Shown here in pieces: positions 63,428-64,000 of a DNA stretch of 64,000 bases; within the stretch, counting starts at the first letter, position 1, and each line of letters opens with the position of its first letter. The stretch covers positions 640,001-704,000 of the forward strand of contig OY761556.1 of NCBI GenBank assembly GCA_963664705.1. The letters are read 5' to 3'. Both the position numbers and the translations under genes were made by a program. The stretch is from Acidobacteriota bacterium (lineage in GTDB: Bacteria; Acidobacteriota; UBA6911). Below the pieces are notes generated by a model. The model did no database searches. It was not told the DNA's origin and saw nothing but the letters and a program-made list of their open reading frames with translations.

Positions 63428-64000
63428 GTGGATTCACCAAAAGACAAGCTTCTCCATAATTCCGCAGGAACGGCCAGGCAACTCAGCCGAAGGCAGATGA
63501 TTCAAACGGCGCTGGCGGCTGCCGCGTTTCTACCTCAGGATTTCCAGCGAGAATGGGGAGGTGGACGGCGTCGAGCGCGCATCCCGCGAGTTGTGGATCC
63601 TTCGCAGATTCCAGCCTACAAATATAGGATTGTATCCGTGGACCGGTTCGCGGCTCTTCAAACTGAATACAATATGGCGCGGAACAATGCCCAGTTTGGC
63701 AGTGCCAAGGCTTATCGGGACCAGATTGCCTCATTAAATTATAAAGTTTCGGATAATTTCAAGAATGCCAAGTGTGTCGTCGTTGTTGCGGCCTACTCCA
63801 AGAACATGTATGCAAATTTCCACCTGGATGGGAACGCTTACAAAATTCTTGTGCCGTTCCAATACTACAATGACGATTTAAATGCGGAGAAACTAAAGGC
63901 AATTGTTCAGAAGGAAATTATCAAGACTCCCGGCCGGCGGATTGAGGATGTCTCTTCACAGTTCCCCCTGAAACTTCTTGCGGCGCGCAGCGGCCTGGGA
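63428..64000 (+). CDS. Tat-signal QueG/reductive-dehalogenase-like protein, N-terminal part; 3' end outside window
   Basis: Manually translated from GTG 63428 after AGGAAAGGAG. The frame is open to 64000, with LSRRQMI, NAKCVVVVA and PLKLLAARSGLG. Confidence 0.65.
   Translation, partial: MDSPKDKLLHNSAGTARQLSRRQMIQTALAAAAFLPQDFQREWGGGRRRARIPRVVDPSQIPAYKYRIVSVDRFAALQTEYNMARNNAQFGSAKAYRDQIASLNYKVSDNFKNAKCVVVVAAYSKNMYANFHLDGNAYKILVPFQYYNDDLNAEKLKAIVQKEIIKTPGRRIEDVSSQFPLKLLAARSGLG

Overview
A gene-dense, moderately GC-rich bacterial chromosome segment. An Acidobacteriota-like origin is inferred from gene content and is unverified. It has four parts. (1) 1-24.5 kb, mostly housekeeping: a minus-strand tRNA-Leu-tig-clpP-clpX-lon-yihA-rho block, queD, the LemA/TPM/TPM trio, murB, dsbD and a cold-shock gene, plus a small PilZ / NarL-like regulator / PilX-like module. 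(2) 24.6-41.1 kb, a 14-gene minus-strand chemosensory cluster: cheW, mcp, hybrid PAS kinase, cheA, cheR, cheD, cheY, cheX, cheB, HDOD, cheX, REC-REC-STAS-like, REC, and a PAS-HisKA protein lacking an ATPase domain. It is preceded by a sigma28-like promoter and a structured leader containing an intrinsic terminator. (3) 41-52 kb, peptidases and catabolic enzymes. (4) Downstream of tRNA-Lys and an IHF-like site, an accessory region with a TIMP-like protein, a Y1 (HUH) transposase bounded by inverted GGACACCCA motifs, DraG, an orphan CusB, a multicopper oxidase and a Tat-signal QueG/RdhA-like ORF cut by the window end. The best candidates for novelty are the putative attenuator in the chemosensory leader, the unusual output branch of that cluster, the end architecture of the Y1 element, and an unannotated promoter-hairpin-U-tract RNA at about 20.2-20.36 kb. 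All calls come from reading motifs by eye; no searches were run.
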